The notes: generated by a model not told the origin, from the letters alone. A DNA stretch of 64,000 nt from Sedimentisphaerales bacterium (GCA_963666285.1 OY762711.1), one strand, 5' to 3'; shown: positions 19,974 to 31,330, counted from the first letter of the stretch. Program-made: numbers and translations.

Positions 19974-21060
19974 CAGTATAAGTTTCTTTAGCGTATTCTC
20001 TGGCGTTTTGGGCTATTTTGAGTGCCTGGTCGTAGTTGTTGTAAACCCAGGTGATTTTATGGGCCCATTCTGCAGGATCTTTGGGTTTTGCCAGAAAGCC
20101 GTTTTGCCCGTCATTTATAATTTCCGGTATTCCTCCTGCATTGGCGACAATAACCGGCAGACCTGAGAGCATCGCTTCAACAACAACACGCCCCCATGGC
20201 TCATCGTTTGAAGGAACAAGCATAATGTTAGAGTTTGTCATGTAATCTTGAATGTTGTCAACGTGACTAATAAAATTTATATTATCTGTAATATCTTCGT
20301 TTTTACATATACACTTTAACTCCTCAATGTATTTACTTGGGGTTCCAATTATATTAAAAACGATATTTTTCCCGAATTGATTATCTTTTAACAAGAGGCC
20401 AATTGCTCTTAATGCCGTATCAATTCCTTTACGCTTAATTACAGTACCAGCAAACAATAGTACAAATGGATCTTTTTTACATATTGCTTTGTCGCTTATT
20501 GGAAAGTCTACATAATTATTAACAATATGAGTTTTAGAAGCAATCTTTGGTGAAAATTGCTTACTAACTGCTTTAGATATTACAATCATCTCTTTGCAGT
20601 TAATTTCAGTATAATTCAAAGTCTTATTAAGAGATAATACAGGTGTTAGGTCTGGATTGTTAGGTAAAATCTCTCTAATATGCCAAATATGTGGTAAGTT
20701 AAGCATTTTGGCAAGTTTAGCCCCGGTACGGTTGGCGATAGTGTTAGAGTATATAATATCTATATTGTTTTTGCCGGCAACAGGTATAAGCTGTTTAACG
20801 GCTTTGTTTTCTTCAAGTATAACCCGCAAGGGTTCTAGAAACCTCTTTTTCTCCCAGTTAACCCAGCGCGGCATAGATATTATCTGGTAGTTGATATCTA
20901 TTTCCCGGAGTTGTTTTACCATAGGTCCATTTTGCGGAATGATCACCAGTGGCTGAAAACGCGAGCGGTCAATATGCTTTAGCAGTGTAATAAAGCTTTT
21001 TTCGGCACCATGACATCCGGCAGAGTGTGAAACAAACAGTATGTTAATTTTTTTAGACAT
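19918..21060 (-). CDS. Glycosyltransferase family 4
   Basis: GAEKS, IWHIRE, EPWGRVVVEAM.GLPV. Confidence 0.9.
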   Translation of the reverse strand: MSKKINILFVSHSAGCHGAEKSFITLLKHIDRSRFQPLVIIPQNGPMVKQLREIDINYQIISMPRWVNWEKKRFLEPLRVILEENKAVKQLIPVAGKNNIDIIYSNTIANRTGAKLAKMLNLPHIWHIREILPNNPDLTPVLSLNKTLNYTEINCKEMIVISKAVSKQFSPKIASKTHIVNNYVDFPISDKAICKKDPFVLLFAGTVIKRKGIDTALRAIGLLLKDNQFGKNIVFNIIGTPSKYIEELKCICKNEDITDNINFISHVDNIQDYMTNSNIMLVPSNDEPWGRVVVEAMLSGLPVIVANAGGIPEIINDGQNGFLAKPKDPAEWAHKITWVYNNYDQALKIAQNAREYAKETYTVDNYVGQIETIIGECVGK

Positions 21061-21126
21061 AAGTTCTGTAGTAAATGGTTATATCATAAAAACATGTAAT
21101 CTATAGTTTATCAATAAATATTATAA

Positions 21127-22131
21127 TTATAATCCAAATATATTCTGCAATCTTACAAGTTTTTTCAATTTCATAATAATAATGTCAAATGTGCGTTTAA
21201 TGGTTGCTAAAAACAAATAAAATGCAAGCAGAAAACTAGTCGAAGATATAATATATGTAATCGAGACAAAGTCTTTGAATTTTATTAATTGTTTTGCGAT
21301 ATTACAGAGTTCTTTTATATACACCTGGAGAGGTTTCTTGAAAGTTTCCAGAGTATATCCGGCAGATGGTTTGAAATTTTTAACGATATATTTCATTACA
21401 ATAAAGAATTCTCTGTGGTATCGGCCCCTGTTTTTGTCCAGGTACTGGATACGGGCAGAATTATTGTGCATTTCTCGCATAAAGTTAAGCGGCTCTGCGA
21501 TATGTGCAAGTTTGCATGACTTTAGCATTTGGATCCAGGTCATCCAGTCGCCGGAATATTTGAATGATTCACAGGCATATCCGGAACTGACATATATATC
21601 TTTACGAAAAACAATGCCGCTGGCATTTGGAAATGAGGTTCTGTATTTCATTTGCAGCAGGCAGTCTTCTCGACCATCAATTATGAAAGAGTTGGACCAG
21701 TTACGTTCTCTTTGGTACTCCCATATATCGAGCTGATTGTCATTTTCGTCAATCATCCTGGTAAGAGTCTTGACGATGCCGACATCCGGATTGGAATTAA
21801 GAGTTTCGACAGTTTTGGCAAGGAAAGTTGTGTCAGCCTGGTCGTCGGATTCGGCTATCCATATATATTTACCGCGAGCAAGTTTAACGCCTTTGTTCCA
21901 CTGGATGAACGGACTGCCGGAATTAGAGCTGTTATAGACTATTTCAGATACTTTTGGGTTATTTCTATATTGTTCGATAATTTCCCGGCTATTGTCGGAA
22001 GAACAATCGTCGAGAATGATAATTTCATAATCAGTATACGATTGAGCCAGTACAGACTCTAACCGCCGGGCCAGGAACGGGGCATGGTTATAGTTTGGTA
22101 TAATAATCGATACTTTTGGGGTGCTGCTCAT
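21127..22131 (-). CDS. Glycosyltransferase family 2
   Basis: VSIIIPNYNH, ILDDCSSD, WIAESDD. Confidence 0.9.
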   Translation of the reverse strand: MSSTPKVSIIIPNYNHAPFLARRLESVLAQSYTDYEIIILDDCSSDNSREIIEQYRNNPKVSEIVYNSSNSGSPFIQWNKGVKLARGKYIWIAESDDQADTTFLAKTVETLNSNPDVGIVKTLTRMIDENDNQLDIWEYQRERNWSNSFIIDGREDCLLQMKYRTSFPNASGIVFRKDIYVSSGYACESFKYSGDWMTWIQMLKSCKLAHIAEPLNFMREMHNNSARIQYLDKNRGRYHREFFIVMKYIVKNFKPSAGYTLETFKKPLQVYIKELCNIAKQLIKFKDFVSITYIISSTSFLLAFYLFLATIKRTFDIIIMKLKKLVRLQNIFGL

Positions 22132-23276
22132 TATCTATAAAGTTCAAAAATATTTTGTACGTATGTAATATTGTTTTCCAGTGAGAATTTGGTTTTTACG
22201 ATTTTTTTTCCATTTTCAGCATATTGACATGCATCGGAGTAGTTATTGTATGTCCAAATGATTTTTTCGGTCCATTGCCTGATGTTACCCGGTTCGGCAA
22301 GTAAACCGGTCTTTCCGTCAGAGATGCTTTCCAGTATTCCTCCGGCTTTGGCACCAATAACCGGCAAACCGGAAAGTAGAGCTTCGGCAACGACTCTACC
22401 CCAGGGCTCTTCGTGTGATGGTACCAGGAGAATGTGAGAGTTTTTTAGATATTCAAAAACGTTATCTTTCTGACCGACGAATGAGATACTTTCGCTTACG
22501 TTAAGTTCTTTTGCGAGTTTTTCAAGGTTTTTTCTATAACGTCCTTCTCCAACAACAGTAAGCGAAACCGGTACAGGCAGCGGGTTGTTAGTTTTTATTT
22601 CTGTCAGTGTATGTATTAGGGTGTCGATTCCTTTTCGTTTTATAATGCTACCCATATAGAGCAGCCTTAACTCATTGTCAGGAGTGTTGTTGTGAGTGGT
22701 TTCCGGAAATTCGACCGAATCGTAAACGATCTTGATTTTGTCGGAATGTGAATTTTGGAATTGAACTGAAGTTGCGTTTGAAATAGAAATAATTGTGTCG
22801 GAATGACTTATTACATATTTAAGGGTTTTGTCAATGGATTTAACAGGGAAGAAATCCGGGTTGTTCGGCAGGATTTCCCTGATATGCCAGATATGCGGTA
22901 TTTTATATTTTGCAGCAGTGACAGCTCCGGCAAAAATTACCATGGTGTTGGTATATATTATATCAGGTTTTTCTTGTTTAATTATAGCTTTAAGTTGTTT
23001 TTGGGCTTTCCATTCTTCCTTAAGATTTTTTAAATAGTTGTATTTTACACAAGGTAAACCAGTAATCCATTTGGGGAAATCTATCATATAATTTTTGATA
23101 TTAAGCTTCTCAAATTCACTAACCAGTGGCCCTTCTTCTCGTGAGATAACGACGAGTTCGTACTGGGAACGGTTATAGTTTTTTAATATGGTAAGAAAAC
23201 ATCTTTCAGCGCCGTATATGCCGGAACTGTGAGAAAAGCAAAGTATTTTTAGTTTATTATTAGCTGTTTGTTTCAT
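22131..23276 (-). CDS. Glycosyltransferase family 4
   Basis: GAERC, IWHIRE, EPWGRVVAEAL.GLPV. Confidence 0.9.
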   Translation of the reverse strand: MKQTANNKLKILCFSHSSGIYGAERCFLTILKNYNRSQYELVVISREEGPLVSEFEKLNIKNYMIDFPKWITGLPCVKYNYLKNLKEEWKAQKQLKAIIKQEKPDIIYTNTMVIFAGAVTAAKYKIPHIWHIREILPNNPDFFPVKSIDKTLKYVISHSDTIISISNATSVQFQNSHSDKIKIVYDSVEFPETTHNNTPDNELRLLYMGSIIKRKGIDTLIHTLTEIKTNNPLPVPVSLTVVGEGRYRKNLEKLAKELNVSESISFVGQKDNVFEYLKNSHILLVPSHEEPWGRVVAEALLSGLPVIGAKAGGILESISDGKTGLLAEPGNIRQWTEKIIWTYNNYSDACQYAENGKKIVKTKFSLENNITYVQNIFELYR

Positions 23277-23285
23277 AATAGAATA

Positions 23286-24887
23286 TTACATATATCCCAG
23301 GTCTTTTAGCCTTTGTTCGACGTCATTTCTTTCGTTGCTCGAAAATGACTCTTTTTGGAGTGAGTTATTTTCAATAGACACGGTTATCTGCTCAGCTGAG
23401 TCGATGGAATCGGAGTTACTGAACAGATGCTTTAATTTCTTACCATCAAAAGTACCGTTTGGAATAGAGATACCAAGCAGCCATAAAATGGTAGGGGTAA
23501 GGTCGAGAATGTTGTTTGTATTGTATTGGCCGGGTTTAATGCCGGGGCCATTAATTGCGAAAATTCCGTCCTGATGGTGGGTTCCGATATGGATTGTTGT
23601 ATCCATATCGGTTTCTATGAACAGGCTGTCGCTGTTTTCGTGGAAAACACAGCTCCATTTATCTATCGGAACCATTGTTATATCAGGCATTGTGTCAAGG
23701 TTTTCACCATGGAAGATTTCATTTTTGCGATAAATATTAGCGAATACTTTTTTACCGTCAAATTCGAGATCATTCAGTTTTTCTATTATTTCATTTACTA
23801 GTTTACTTTTTTTCTGCAGATCCTGTTCGATAATGGTTAGAAAGCCTTCCCGGCAGCCGCCGGAGTACAAAATTTGATTTTCAACCTGTTCCTGTTTAAG
23901 ATTAAGCTGATGTTCGAGCCTGGCAACATTTTTCTTTGGGATAAATGACCTGGCAATTTTACCAATTCCTATTTTTTTTGCAAAAGCAATTGCAGGGTTA
24001 GGCTTTACTGGTTTTGGATGTGGTTTGACATATCCCTGCTCAATTAGCCATTTGCCCATGTTTACCTGGAAAACATTAGATTGAAAGCCGTGGTCAGACA
24101 TTAAAACGACATATGAATCGTCTCCCATCCTGCTTTTGAATGTATCGACAATTTTACCAATATTTGCATCCAGGTGAGAGTAGAATTTGTCGAATATCTT
24201 GTTCTGTTTTTCTGGTGAAAACAGTTTATGCTCAGGGTCCAGGTAACCCCACAGACCATGCTGGATAATGTCAGAGGCATGGTAATGGATCATAAACAGG
24301 TCGTAATCCCTGGAATTTACAAGAAACTGTCCGGCTTTGAGTCTGTAATCCAGGTTTGTTTTCATCATGTTTATAAATTCATCGAGAGAATTTTCAGCCG
24401 GCGAAACCGCTACATTACTCAGGTTTAGAATGTTATAATCCGGTATTGCCGTAAGCAGCTCATTTTTCAGTTCTGGCGGCCAGGTGAAATTACTGGAAAG
24501 CCCAGGTGTAAGCAGACCGCATACCATTTCTCCGTTAATTTTTCGGGGAGGGTATGTCATCGGAACGTTCAGAACCCCGACTCGTTTGCCGGCAGTACCT
24601 GCAATTTCCCAGATCGTGTTTTTTAGCATATCAGAGCTTACCAGCTGGCGTTTACCATTTTGATCCCAGTATTTGAAATCGTAGATACCATTCTGGCCGG
24701 GGTTACGTCCGGTTTGAAAACTGCCCCATGCAGCAGGGGTAATCGCCGGAATGACCGAGCTAAGCCGACTGGATGCACCATTTTGTGTAAATTGGCTAAG
24801 GTAGGGCATAAAACCTGCTTCCATAGCGGGTTTGAGGACATCCCACGTTCCTCCATCTATGCCTATGATTAGTACCTTGTTGCTCAT
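23286..24887 (-). CDS. Alkaline phosphatase superfamily nucleotide pyrophosphatase/phosphodiesterase
   Basis: IGIDGG, PAITPAAW.SF.TG.NPG, SDHGF, GTH, LDLTPTIL, RLKDLGY. Confidence 0.85.
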   Translation of the reverse strand: MSNKVLIIGIDGGTWDVLKPAMEAGFMPYLSQFTQNGASSRLSSVIPAITPAAWGSFQTGRNPGQNGIYDFKYWDQNGKRQLVSSDMLKNTIWEIAGTAGKRVGVLNVPMTYPPRKINGEMVCGLLTPGLSSNFTWPPELKNELLTAIPDYNILNLSNVAVSPAENSLDEFINMMKTNLDYRLKAGQFLVNSRDYDLFMIHYHASDIIQHGLWGYLDPEHKLFSPEKQNKIFDKFYSHLDANIGKIVDTFKSRMGDDSYVVLMSDHGFQSNVFQVNMGKWLIEQGYVKPHPKPVKPNPAIAFAKKIGIGKIARSFIPKKNVARLEHQLNLKQEQVENQILYSGGCREGFLTIIEQDLQKKSKLVNEIIEKLNDLEFDGKKVFANIYRKNEIFHGENLDTMPDITMVPIDKWSCVFHENSDSLFIETDMDTTIHIGTHHQDGIFAINGPGIKPGQYNTNNILDLTPTILWLLGISIPNGTFDGKKLKHLFSNSDSIDSAEQITVSIENNSLQKESFSSNERNDVEQRLKDLGYM

Positions 24888-24945
24888 TTAAACCTCTTAT
24901 CAATAATAGCTTGAACGTAGTATAACCGGAACAAACGATTTTTTC

Positions 24946-26094
24946 TTATTTACATACATTAATCAGTACATTTTCTAGTTTATCAACTTGATCTGGTGTA
25001 TTGAATTTAGATAGCATGTGCTCTCTGGCAGCTACACCCATAATTTTTCTTGTTTCGGGGTCTGACGCAAGTAATATCATTTTATCTGCCATATCATTAT
25101 AGTCTTTTTCCTTTACTAGAAAACCAGTAATATTATTTTTAACCAAGTCAGGTATTCCGGCATGCCAGGTTGAAATAACAGGTAGACCAGCTGCAGCAGC
25201 TTCTGCAATAGAAACTGGGGAACCTTCAGTGTCACCGTCTGAAGAGATTATTGAATGTTGAACAAATATATCTGCCTGATAAAGTATCTCTTTAACTTTA
25301 TCAGGCGGCAGTTCTCCAATCAGGTGAATATTGCTTGAATATTTACTTTTTTGAGCTATATCTGTAATTTTGTTTTTAAGCGGTCCGTCACCAATAATGT
25401 CAAGCCTGGCCTCAATATTATTTCGGGCAAGGTCAAAAGCTTTTATTGTATATTCCAGTCCTTTCTTTTCTACCAGCCTGGATATAGCTACAAATGTTGT
25501 TTTTTGTTTTGGTTTTCTTTCAACGTACTCAAACTCATCGACCGGAACACCGCAGGGGATAAGATGAACTTTTTCTGGTGAAATGCCTTGCTCTTTCATC
25601 CATTGTTTTTGGTGGGAGCCTACAACTACGATCGCAGCGAACTTGTCCAGATGTTGTAAAAGCTCTTTTTTGTATTTAGCATCAGTTTTCAGCATTGCGC
25701 TGAGATCTCTACCGTGAAAATGGCATACAGTCGGTATATTTCTTTCCAGGGCGAAAGGTAATAATTCAATCCCTACCGGCCCAAACTGGCAAAGCAGAAT
25801 ATCCGGCATGATATGGTCCAGCCATTTAGTAATTTCCTGCCAGAAGGGGGTTGGTTTTGTGAAATTATTCAGAAAATGCCATTTTTTTTGGAAGAATCTG
25901 AAGGCTCTTATATTAGATAATGGTTTACTTATCTGGCTGATTGTTGTAGTGTTGGAAAAAGGAAATTGATCCTGATTGAAGTAGTTCCAGGTCAAAACTT
26001 TGGTAGAAAATTTGCTTATACCTATCAGCTGGCGGTACATCCAGACTTCAGAGGAATATCCCAGGTTTCGAGTTATGAATCCAAGTTTGAGCAT
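24946..26094 (-). CDS. Glycosyltransferase family 4 (WcaL-like)
   Basis: FHGRD, RLVEKKG, GDTEGSPVSIAEA, STWHAGIP. Confidence 0.88.
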   Translation of the reverse strand: MLKLGFITRNLGYSSEVWMYRQLIGISKFSTKVLTWNYFNQDQFPFSNTTTISQISKPLSNIRAFRFFQKKWHFLNNFTKPTPFWQEITKWLDHIMPDILLCQFGPVGIELLPFALERNIPTVCHFHGRDLSAMLKTDAKYKKELLQHLDKFAAIVVVGSHQKQWMKEQGISPEKVHLIPCGVPVDEFEYVERKPKQKTTFVAISRLVEKKGLEYTIKAFDLARNNIEARLDIIGDGPLKNKITDIAQKSKYSSNIHLIGELPPDKVKEILYQADIFVQHSIISSDGDTEGSPVSIAEAAAAGLPVISTWHAGIPDLVKNNITGFLVKEKDYNDMADKMILLASDPETRKIMGVAAREHMLSKFNTPDQVDKLENVLINVCK

Positions 26095-26165
26095 ATGCTT
26101 TTTCTTTAGCCTATTAAAATATTTAATGAATTAAGTATTCCTTTGCCAGGATGTTTCAGGATTAT

Positions 26166-27674
26166 CTATTTCCTATTTTTAAAAATCCCACCTTTGATGA
26201 ATATATGTTTGAATCTATGTAAATTTCCAATTATTTTATCTTTTGAAAGGCTATCGATAATTCTTAATAATTTGCTGCTTTGAAGCTTACTGCTTTTTGT
26301 GAGCTTATAAATATCACAAAGTGATTTACGGCCTTTATACACATTATAGTAGATCCAAACATATTCTCGCTCGATTTGCTTTTTAGAAAAGTTTGGTAAA
26401 TCTAAAAAAGCATGCTGACGTTCATATTTTGAATTTGTTATTTTAGGCAAAAGGTTTTGTTCCTGACATATCTGGAATAAACGTGTCCCTGGATATGGGA
26501 AGAAGATAGAATCATAAAGGTAATCCGGCTGACTTATTCTCAGGCATTTGATAGTTTCCTTAAAATCAGAATGAGTTTCACCGGGAATACCAATTAAAAC
26601 ATATATTTTAGTTTTTAGCCCGTACTCGCGTGCTTTATCCATAGCTTCATAGTATTGTTCATTTGAATATCGCCTATTGAGTATTTCATACCTTACTTTT
26701 TCACTTCCAGATTCCAGTCCGATGCATATATTGTCGAAATTAGCCTTTTTCATTGCAGAAAAAAGCTGGTCGTAATTAATATTTGGTGCAATTCTTAGGT
26801 TAACTCCAAAACTTATAGGTTTGATTCTTTTACTGTTGAATTGTTCAAGGTGCTGACAAAGGTTAAGTGCATATTTGATATTAACACCAATGGTTTCTAC
26901 CCTGAATTGCATATGATCTAAGTTAGGAAATAGGGAAGTAAGCCTGTTAAGTTCTTCGACAATGATTTTAGGAGATCTAAAACGGACATATTTTGAGTCG
27001 GCTAATTTTTTTAAGGCATGATTACAACAGTAGGTACATTCAAAAGGGCAACCTCTACCAAGTAATATCTGATGAAAGTCGTTTGGGTTTTCAATCCATT
27101 TTTGCCACATTTGTATGTTAGGAAGAGGCAATTCATCAAGGTCTTCAATGAAACTTCGATTAGGATTTTTTTCAATATTCCCGTTATTATTAAACCAGAT
27201 GTTTTTAATTTTGCTTGGAGTTTTATTATTTTCCAGCGTTTCAACTAGCTCAAGTAAAGGGTATTCACCTTCGTTTACGCAAACAGCATCAAAACCATCT
27301 TTAATAGCATCATTAGGATTTAAGCTTACATGAACACCACCTATAATTTGATAAATATTGGGGAATTTTGATTTGATGTATTTAGCAGTTTCTACTATTA
27401 TGTCGTATTCGCTGAAAACAGAAGTAAAAGACACTATTTGAGGGGCAAAAGTTGCAATGTAGTCTTCAATAAAACTGTTTTGAGTCTTTTGGCATATTGC
27501 AAGTAAATCAACCTCATGGCCGTGGTATTCAAGTAAAGAAGCTATTGAAGATATCCCAAATTGTATCCTGCTTTGATTTGACAAAGGAGTTATTGGGTTG
27601 CTTGACATTTTATTGCTAATTACAAAAAGAATTTTCATTATAAGTTTTTCTCGTGTAACGTTATATTTGTGCAT
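26166..27674 (-). CDS. B12-binding radical SAM protein (start possibly 27638)
   Basis: GGVH, EGE, RGCPFECTYC (CxxxCxxC), GLESGS. Confidence 0.88.
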   Translation of the reverse strand: MHKYNVTREKLIMKILFVISNKMSSNPITPLSNQSRIQFGISSIASLLEYHGHEVDLLAICQKTQNSFIEDYIATFAPQIVSFTSVFSEYDIIVETAKYIKSKFPNIYQIIGGVHVSLNPNDAIKDGFDAVCVNEGEYPLLELVETLENNKTPSKIKNIWFNNNGNIEKNPNRSFIEDLDELPLPNIQMWQKWIENPNDFHQILLGRGCPFECTYCCNHALKKLADSKYVRFRSPKIIVEELNRLTSLFPNLDHMQFRVETIGVNIKYALNLCQHLEQFNSKRIKPISFGVNLRIAPNINYDQLFSAMKKANFDNICIGLESGSEKVRYEILNRRYSNEQYYEAMDKAREYGLKTKIYVLIGIPGETHSDFKETIKCLRISQPDYLYDSIFFPYPGTRLFQICQEQNLLPKITNSKYERQHAFLDLPNFSKKQIEREYVWIYYNVYKGRKSLCDIYKLTKSSKLQSSKLLRIIDSLSKDKIIGNLHRFKHIFIKGGIFKNRK

Positions 27675-27694
27675 AAAAGATTGTATTTTACATC

Positions 27695-28888
27695 TTACAT
27701 CTTATTCCATTTATGAGCCAGGATAACCACTCCGTCAACGTTATGTCCCCCAATTACCTGTATTATTTTGGCATTACTATATATGCAGTACATTGAGAAA
27801 CTATCTTGATCCAATACTGCAAAATTTAAATTATAAGTATTTGGCAGCAAATTGATTTTAGGGAAAACTATTTCAATAGTACCTTTTCCATGGAGGGTTC
27901 CAAAGTTGACATCATCGAGATTACTTCTAATGCTACATATGTGTATTCCTTCGCTATTTGTAATATATATAACAAATACTGGGTTGTCTATGCATTTGAT
28001 AAAGTTATAATTGATATGTACACAGAGGTCTTCTTCTGGGTTCAATTTATTTGTCTTATTTTCATTTACAAATGTTTCAATGCTTTCGATAATAACTTCA
28101 CCTGTATTGTTCATTTTCTTTGAAACAAAGTTAGAGCAGATTTCTTTATATTTGTCTATAGCTTCTATAGATGGCAGTTGCTGTATGGCTTTGCCTTTTT
28201 GCAGGACTATTACAGAAGAACATAGGTGATTAACCAGATTCATATTATGAGATATGAAGATTATTGACGTTCCTCTGTTAACTAATTCCATTATTCTATT
28301 TCGACATTTTGCCTGGAAAGCAAGGTCGCCAACAGCAAGTACTTCATCAACGAGCAATATATCTGGGTCAAGATGAGCTGCAATACTAAACCCTAACCTT
28401 ACTCTCATGCCTGAACTATAGTTTTTTACCGGAGTATCAAGGAATTCTTCCAATCCGGAGAATTCTACAATATTGTTAAATTGTCTATCAATTTCAGTTT
28501 TGCTTAATCCGAGTATTGAACCATTTATATATATATTTTCTCGACCGGTAAGTATTGGCTGGAAGCCGGCTCCAACTTCGATTAATGCTCCCATTCTTCC
28601 TTTGTAAGAAATTGAACCTTTGTCTGGTTTGATTATTCCATTAAGCATTTTTAAAAGGGTGCTTTTCCCTGCGCCATTTGGGCCAATAATACCAATACAT
28701 TCGCCACGTTTTAGATCAAAACTTATATCAGAGACTGACCAGAATTCATTTTTTCTGAGCTTGTTGTGATTTGTGGGTATTGCTAAGGCGTCTTTTATAA
28801 TATCGAAACAACCATACATCATAGACCTTTTAAGGTCTCGACAATATTTCTTACTTAAATTATTAACTTTTAATATGATTTCACTCAA
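27695..28888 (-). CDS. wzt: Polysaccharide ABC transporter ATPase with C-terminal Wzt_C-like domain
   Basis: GPNGAGKST, YSSGM, DEVLAVGD. Confidence 0.9.
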   Translation of the reverse strand: MSEIILKVNNLSKKYCRDLKRSMMYGCFDIIKDALAIPTNHNKLRKNEFWSVSDISFDLKRGECIGIIGPNGAGKSTLLKMLNGIIKPDKGSISYKGRMGALIEVGAGFQPILTGRENIYINGSILGLSKTEIDRQFNNIVEFSGLEEFLDTPVKNYSSGMRVRLGFSIAAHLDPDILLVDEVLAVGDLAFQAKCRNRIMELVNRGTSIIFISHNMNLVNHLCSSVIVLQKGKAIQQLPSIEAIDKYKEICSNFVSKKMNNTGEVIIESIETFVNENKTNKLNPEEDLCVHINYNFIKCIDNPVFVIYITNSEGIHICSIRSNLDDVNFGTLHGKGTIEIVFPKINLLPNTYNLNFAVLDQDSFSMYCIYSNAKIIQVIGGHNVDGVVILAHKWNKM

Positions 28889-28923
28889 GGCAGATTTACC
28901 CTCAGATATTAATTTTGACTTTA

Positions 28924-29748
28924 CTATACTCTTTCAGCAATCCTTGGAATAGCAATTCTGAAGAATCTCCAGCCAGTAAGAAAGATGATTATACTTATTA
29001 TGCAAAGAAATGTTAGTGATTTTGGATTAGAAATGGTTCCATCAAATGCGAGACTTTTTATACTTATCACAAAAGTGCTTATTGGGTTGATATAATTGAG
29101 TTTACTTACGGATGGGCTAAATAATGCAGGTGTAAGCAACATGCCAAATGTTAACAGCAAACTTAACGAATTTGCTAAATCCCTGAAAACGCCGTTTATT
29201 AACGTAAGAAAAAAACCCAATCCGATTGTAAATAAGGAAAGAAAAAAAAGTACAACAGGAATATATAGTGCTTGCCAGGTCGGACAAATGCCATACCATA
29301 CATAAATAACTGCAATCAAAGGGATTCTGATGAGGAATTCAAACACAGATTCTCCAAAAGCTGCAAAGACTAGGGTTTCTCTACAAAAATTGATTTTGGT
29401 AATAATTGCTTGAGAATTTGCTAGGCATTGTGTTGTTCTTGTTAATCCTATAGAAAATAACTGCCAGCAGGTAATCCCGGTAATTACATACACTGGGTAG
29501 CTTATTTCGTCAGTGTTACCGATATTGATGATGTTGTTATTTTTTATGTAAGAAGCTGCAAATACAGTTGTTAAAGCTGGAATTATTGCCCAGATATATC
29601 CTAGAAAACTCTGTCTGTATTTCCCTGAAATTTCCCTAAGAAAAAAACATAAGACTAACTCTCGGCTGTTCCACAAGTCGTAGAACATGTTCTCTGTATA
29701 TTTTTGTTTGTCTGCGGAGTATTCTGTTATGCTGTGATGGTTAATCAT
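28924..29748 (-). CDS. wzm: Polysaccharide ABC transporter permease
   Basis: REI.GKYRQSFLG.IW, FRDL, INP; multi-TM; adjacent to wzt. Confidence 0.85.
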   Translation of the reverse strand: MINHHSITEYSADKQKYTENMFYDLWNSRELVLCFFLREISGKYRQSFLGYIWAIIPALTTVFAASYIKNNNIINIGNTDEISYPVYVITGITCWQLFSIGLTRTTQCLANSQAIITKINFCRETLVFAAFGESVFEFLIRIPLIAVIYVWYGICPTWQALYIPVVLFFLSLFTIGLGFFLTLINGVFRDLANSLSLLLTFGMLLTPALFSPSVSKLNYINPISTFVISIKSLAFDGTISNPKSLTFLCIISIIIFLTGWRFFRIAIPRIAERV

Positions 29749-29933
29749 GTGATGTAAGTAATTATTATTAAATAACTTAGGTTAATATTGGTTGAAATCT
29801 GAGTGTTTACATGAATATATTATAGTAATTGCCAGAATTCATTTCAATTAAGATGTAAGTATAACTTAAAAAAAGATTTATTGTGTACTTTGTTTTTTTT
29901 CCTTTTAAAACAGTTAAAACGATAATAATAGGC

Positions 29934-29962
29934 TTGACTGAAAAGTAAAATTCATGTATATT
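29934..29962 (+). promoter_or_regulatory. Sigma70-type promoter for the prepilin-like gene
   Basis: TTGACT-N17-TATATT. Confidence 0.55.
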
Positions 29963-30222
29963 TTAATAGCGTAAGGATGTATGAAAATATGTCCTGCGAA
30001 CGCCTGATTTTAACCCGCCTGTTTTCAGCGTGTGCAGGCATGCTGTACAATATTCATTATTGTATTTTGTTAAATGACGCTTATTTAAGCTGTTGTATTG
30101 CATGAGTTTAACGATGTGAGGTATTGTCTCTGTGTGGGAGGCACAACTGAAATTATATATTTATTATTCGAAATATATGCCTCGCTGTTCACAATAAAAT
30201 CCATTTTATGGAGGTTTTCATT

Positions 30223-31179
30223 ATGAAAAGAAAAGGTTTCACATTGATCGAGTTGCTGGTTGTTATCGGCATTATCGCTCTGTTGGTATCTATCCTGATG
30301 CCTGCTTTGAGCCGTGCTAAAGAACTGGCAAAAAGAACAGTTTGTTCTACAAACTTGAAAGGTATTGGTACTGCTACTGCAATTTATATGAATGATAATA
30401 AAGGTAGTGCTATGAGAGTTTGGAGAAGCAATGCAGCTAGTTCTGGTTTTGGTCTTGGTTTATACAATGCAGCTGAGCCTTACACTGCAAAGGGTAGATG
30501 GGCATCAACTACTTGGAATGACTGGGCAAACTATCAAACTGCTGGTGGTTGTTTATTCCTTCTGGTTAAATATGCTGATGTAACTCCCAAAAGCTTTATC
30601 TGCCCAAGTTCTGGTGATGTAGAAATGGAATTGCAATATGCAATCGATATAGATAATAATGTAGAAGACTGGACTGATTGCAAGGACTTTGCATCTGGAA
30701 CTACACTTAGTTATTCTTACAATGATCCTTGGAATAAGCTTTTGGATGATAGTTCTAGTGCTTCTCTTGTACTTGCAGCAGACAAAAACTATGCATTTGA
30801 TACAGATGATTTTACGCAAAGAGCAGACAGTATGAGTGTTTGTCCTGAGCCCAAAGGATGGAAAGATTCTGACAAGGATGGCGATCCTACTCAGTGGGAT
30901 TGGTCTCAGTGTAATACCGAAGGTCAATATTATTCGGGTAATTCAGAAAATCATCAGTTTGAAATGCAGAATGTTCTTTTTGCAGATACTCACGTAAAAG
31001 GTTCTACTCATCCTTGTGTTGGTGTTGCTGATGATAATATTTATACATATAGAGATAGTGGTAGGGCGTTTAATCAGCTATGGTCTCCGTTCATGATCGG
31101 TACATGGCAGCATTCAATTGGTTACGCAAGTCAAACAGATGGTACAAATCATCAGGATGATACTTATTTGGGGAACTAA
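30223..31179 (+). CDS. Prepilin-type N-terminal methylation domain protein (DUF1559-like)
   Basis: [28 protein letters not shown]9-D motif ([16 protein letters not shown]). Confidence 0.9.
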   Translation: MKRKGFTLIELLVVIGIIALLVSILMPALSRAKELAKRTVCSTNLKGIGTATAIYMNDNKGSAMRVWRSNAASSGFGLGLYNAAEPYTAKGRWASTTWNDWANYQTAGGCLFLLVKYADVTPKSFICPSSGDVEMELQYAIDIDNNVEDWTDCKDFASGTTLSYSYNDPWNKLLDDSSSASLVLAADKNYAFDTDDFTQRADSMSVCPEPKGWKDSDKDGDPTQWDWSQCNTEGQYYSGNSENHQFEMQNVLFADTHVKGSTHPCVGVADDNIYTYRDSGRAFNQLWSPFMIGTWQHSIGYASQTDGTNHQDDTYLGN

Positions 31180-31210
31180 TTCCTAAAATAATTCCAATAA
31201 TAACAATATT

Positions 31211-31253
31211 TAATAGGTTGCTGATAAATCATGTCAGTAACCTATTATTTTTT
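31211..31253 (+). terminator. Intrinsic terminator
   Basis: TAATAGGTTGCTGA...TCAGTAACCTATTA then T run. Confidence 0.75.
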
Positions 31254-31330
31254 CTGGTGGTAGAATAAATAAATTGAATGTTTTTGCTAAACAATGCTGA
31301 ATTATGATGTTATTAAGAAGTTAAATAATT

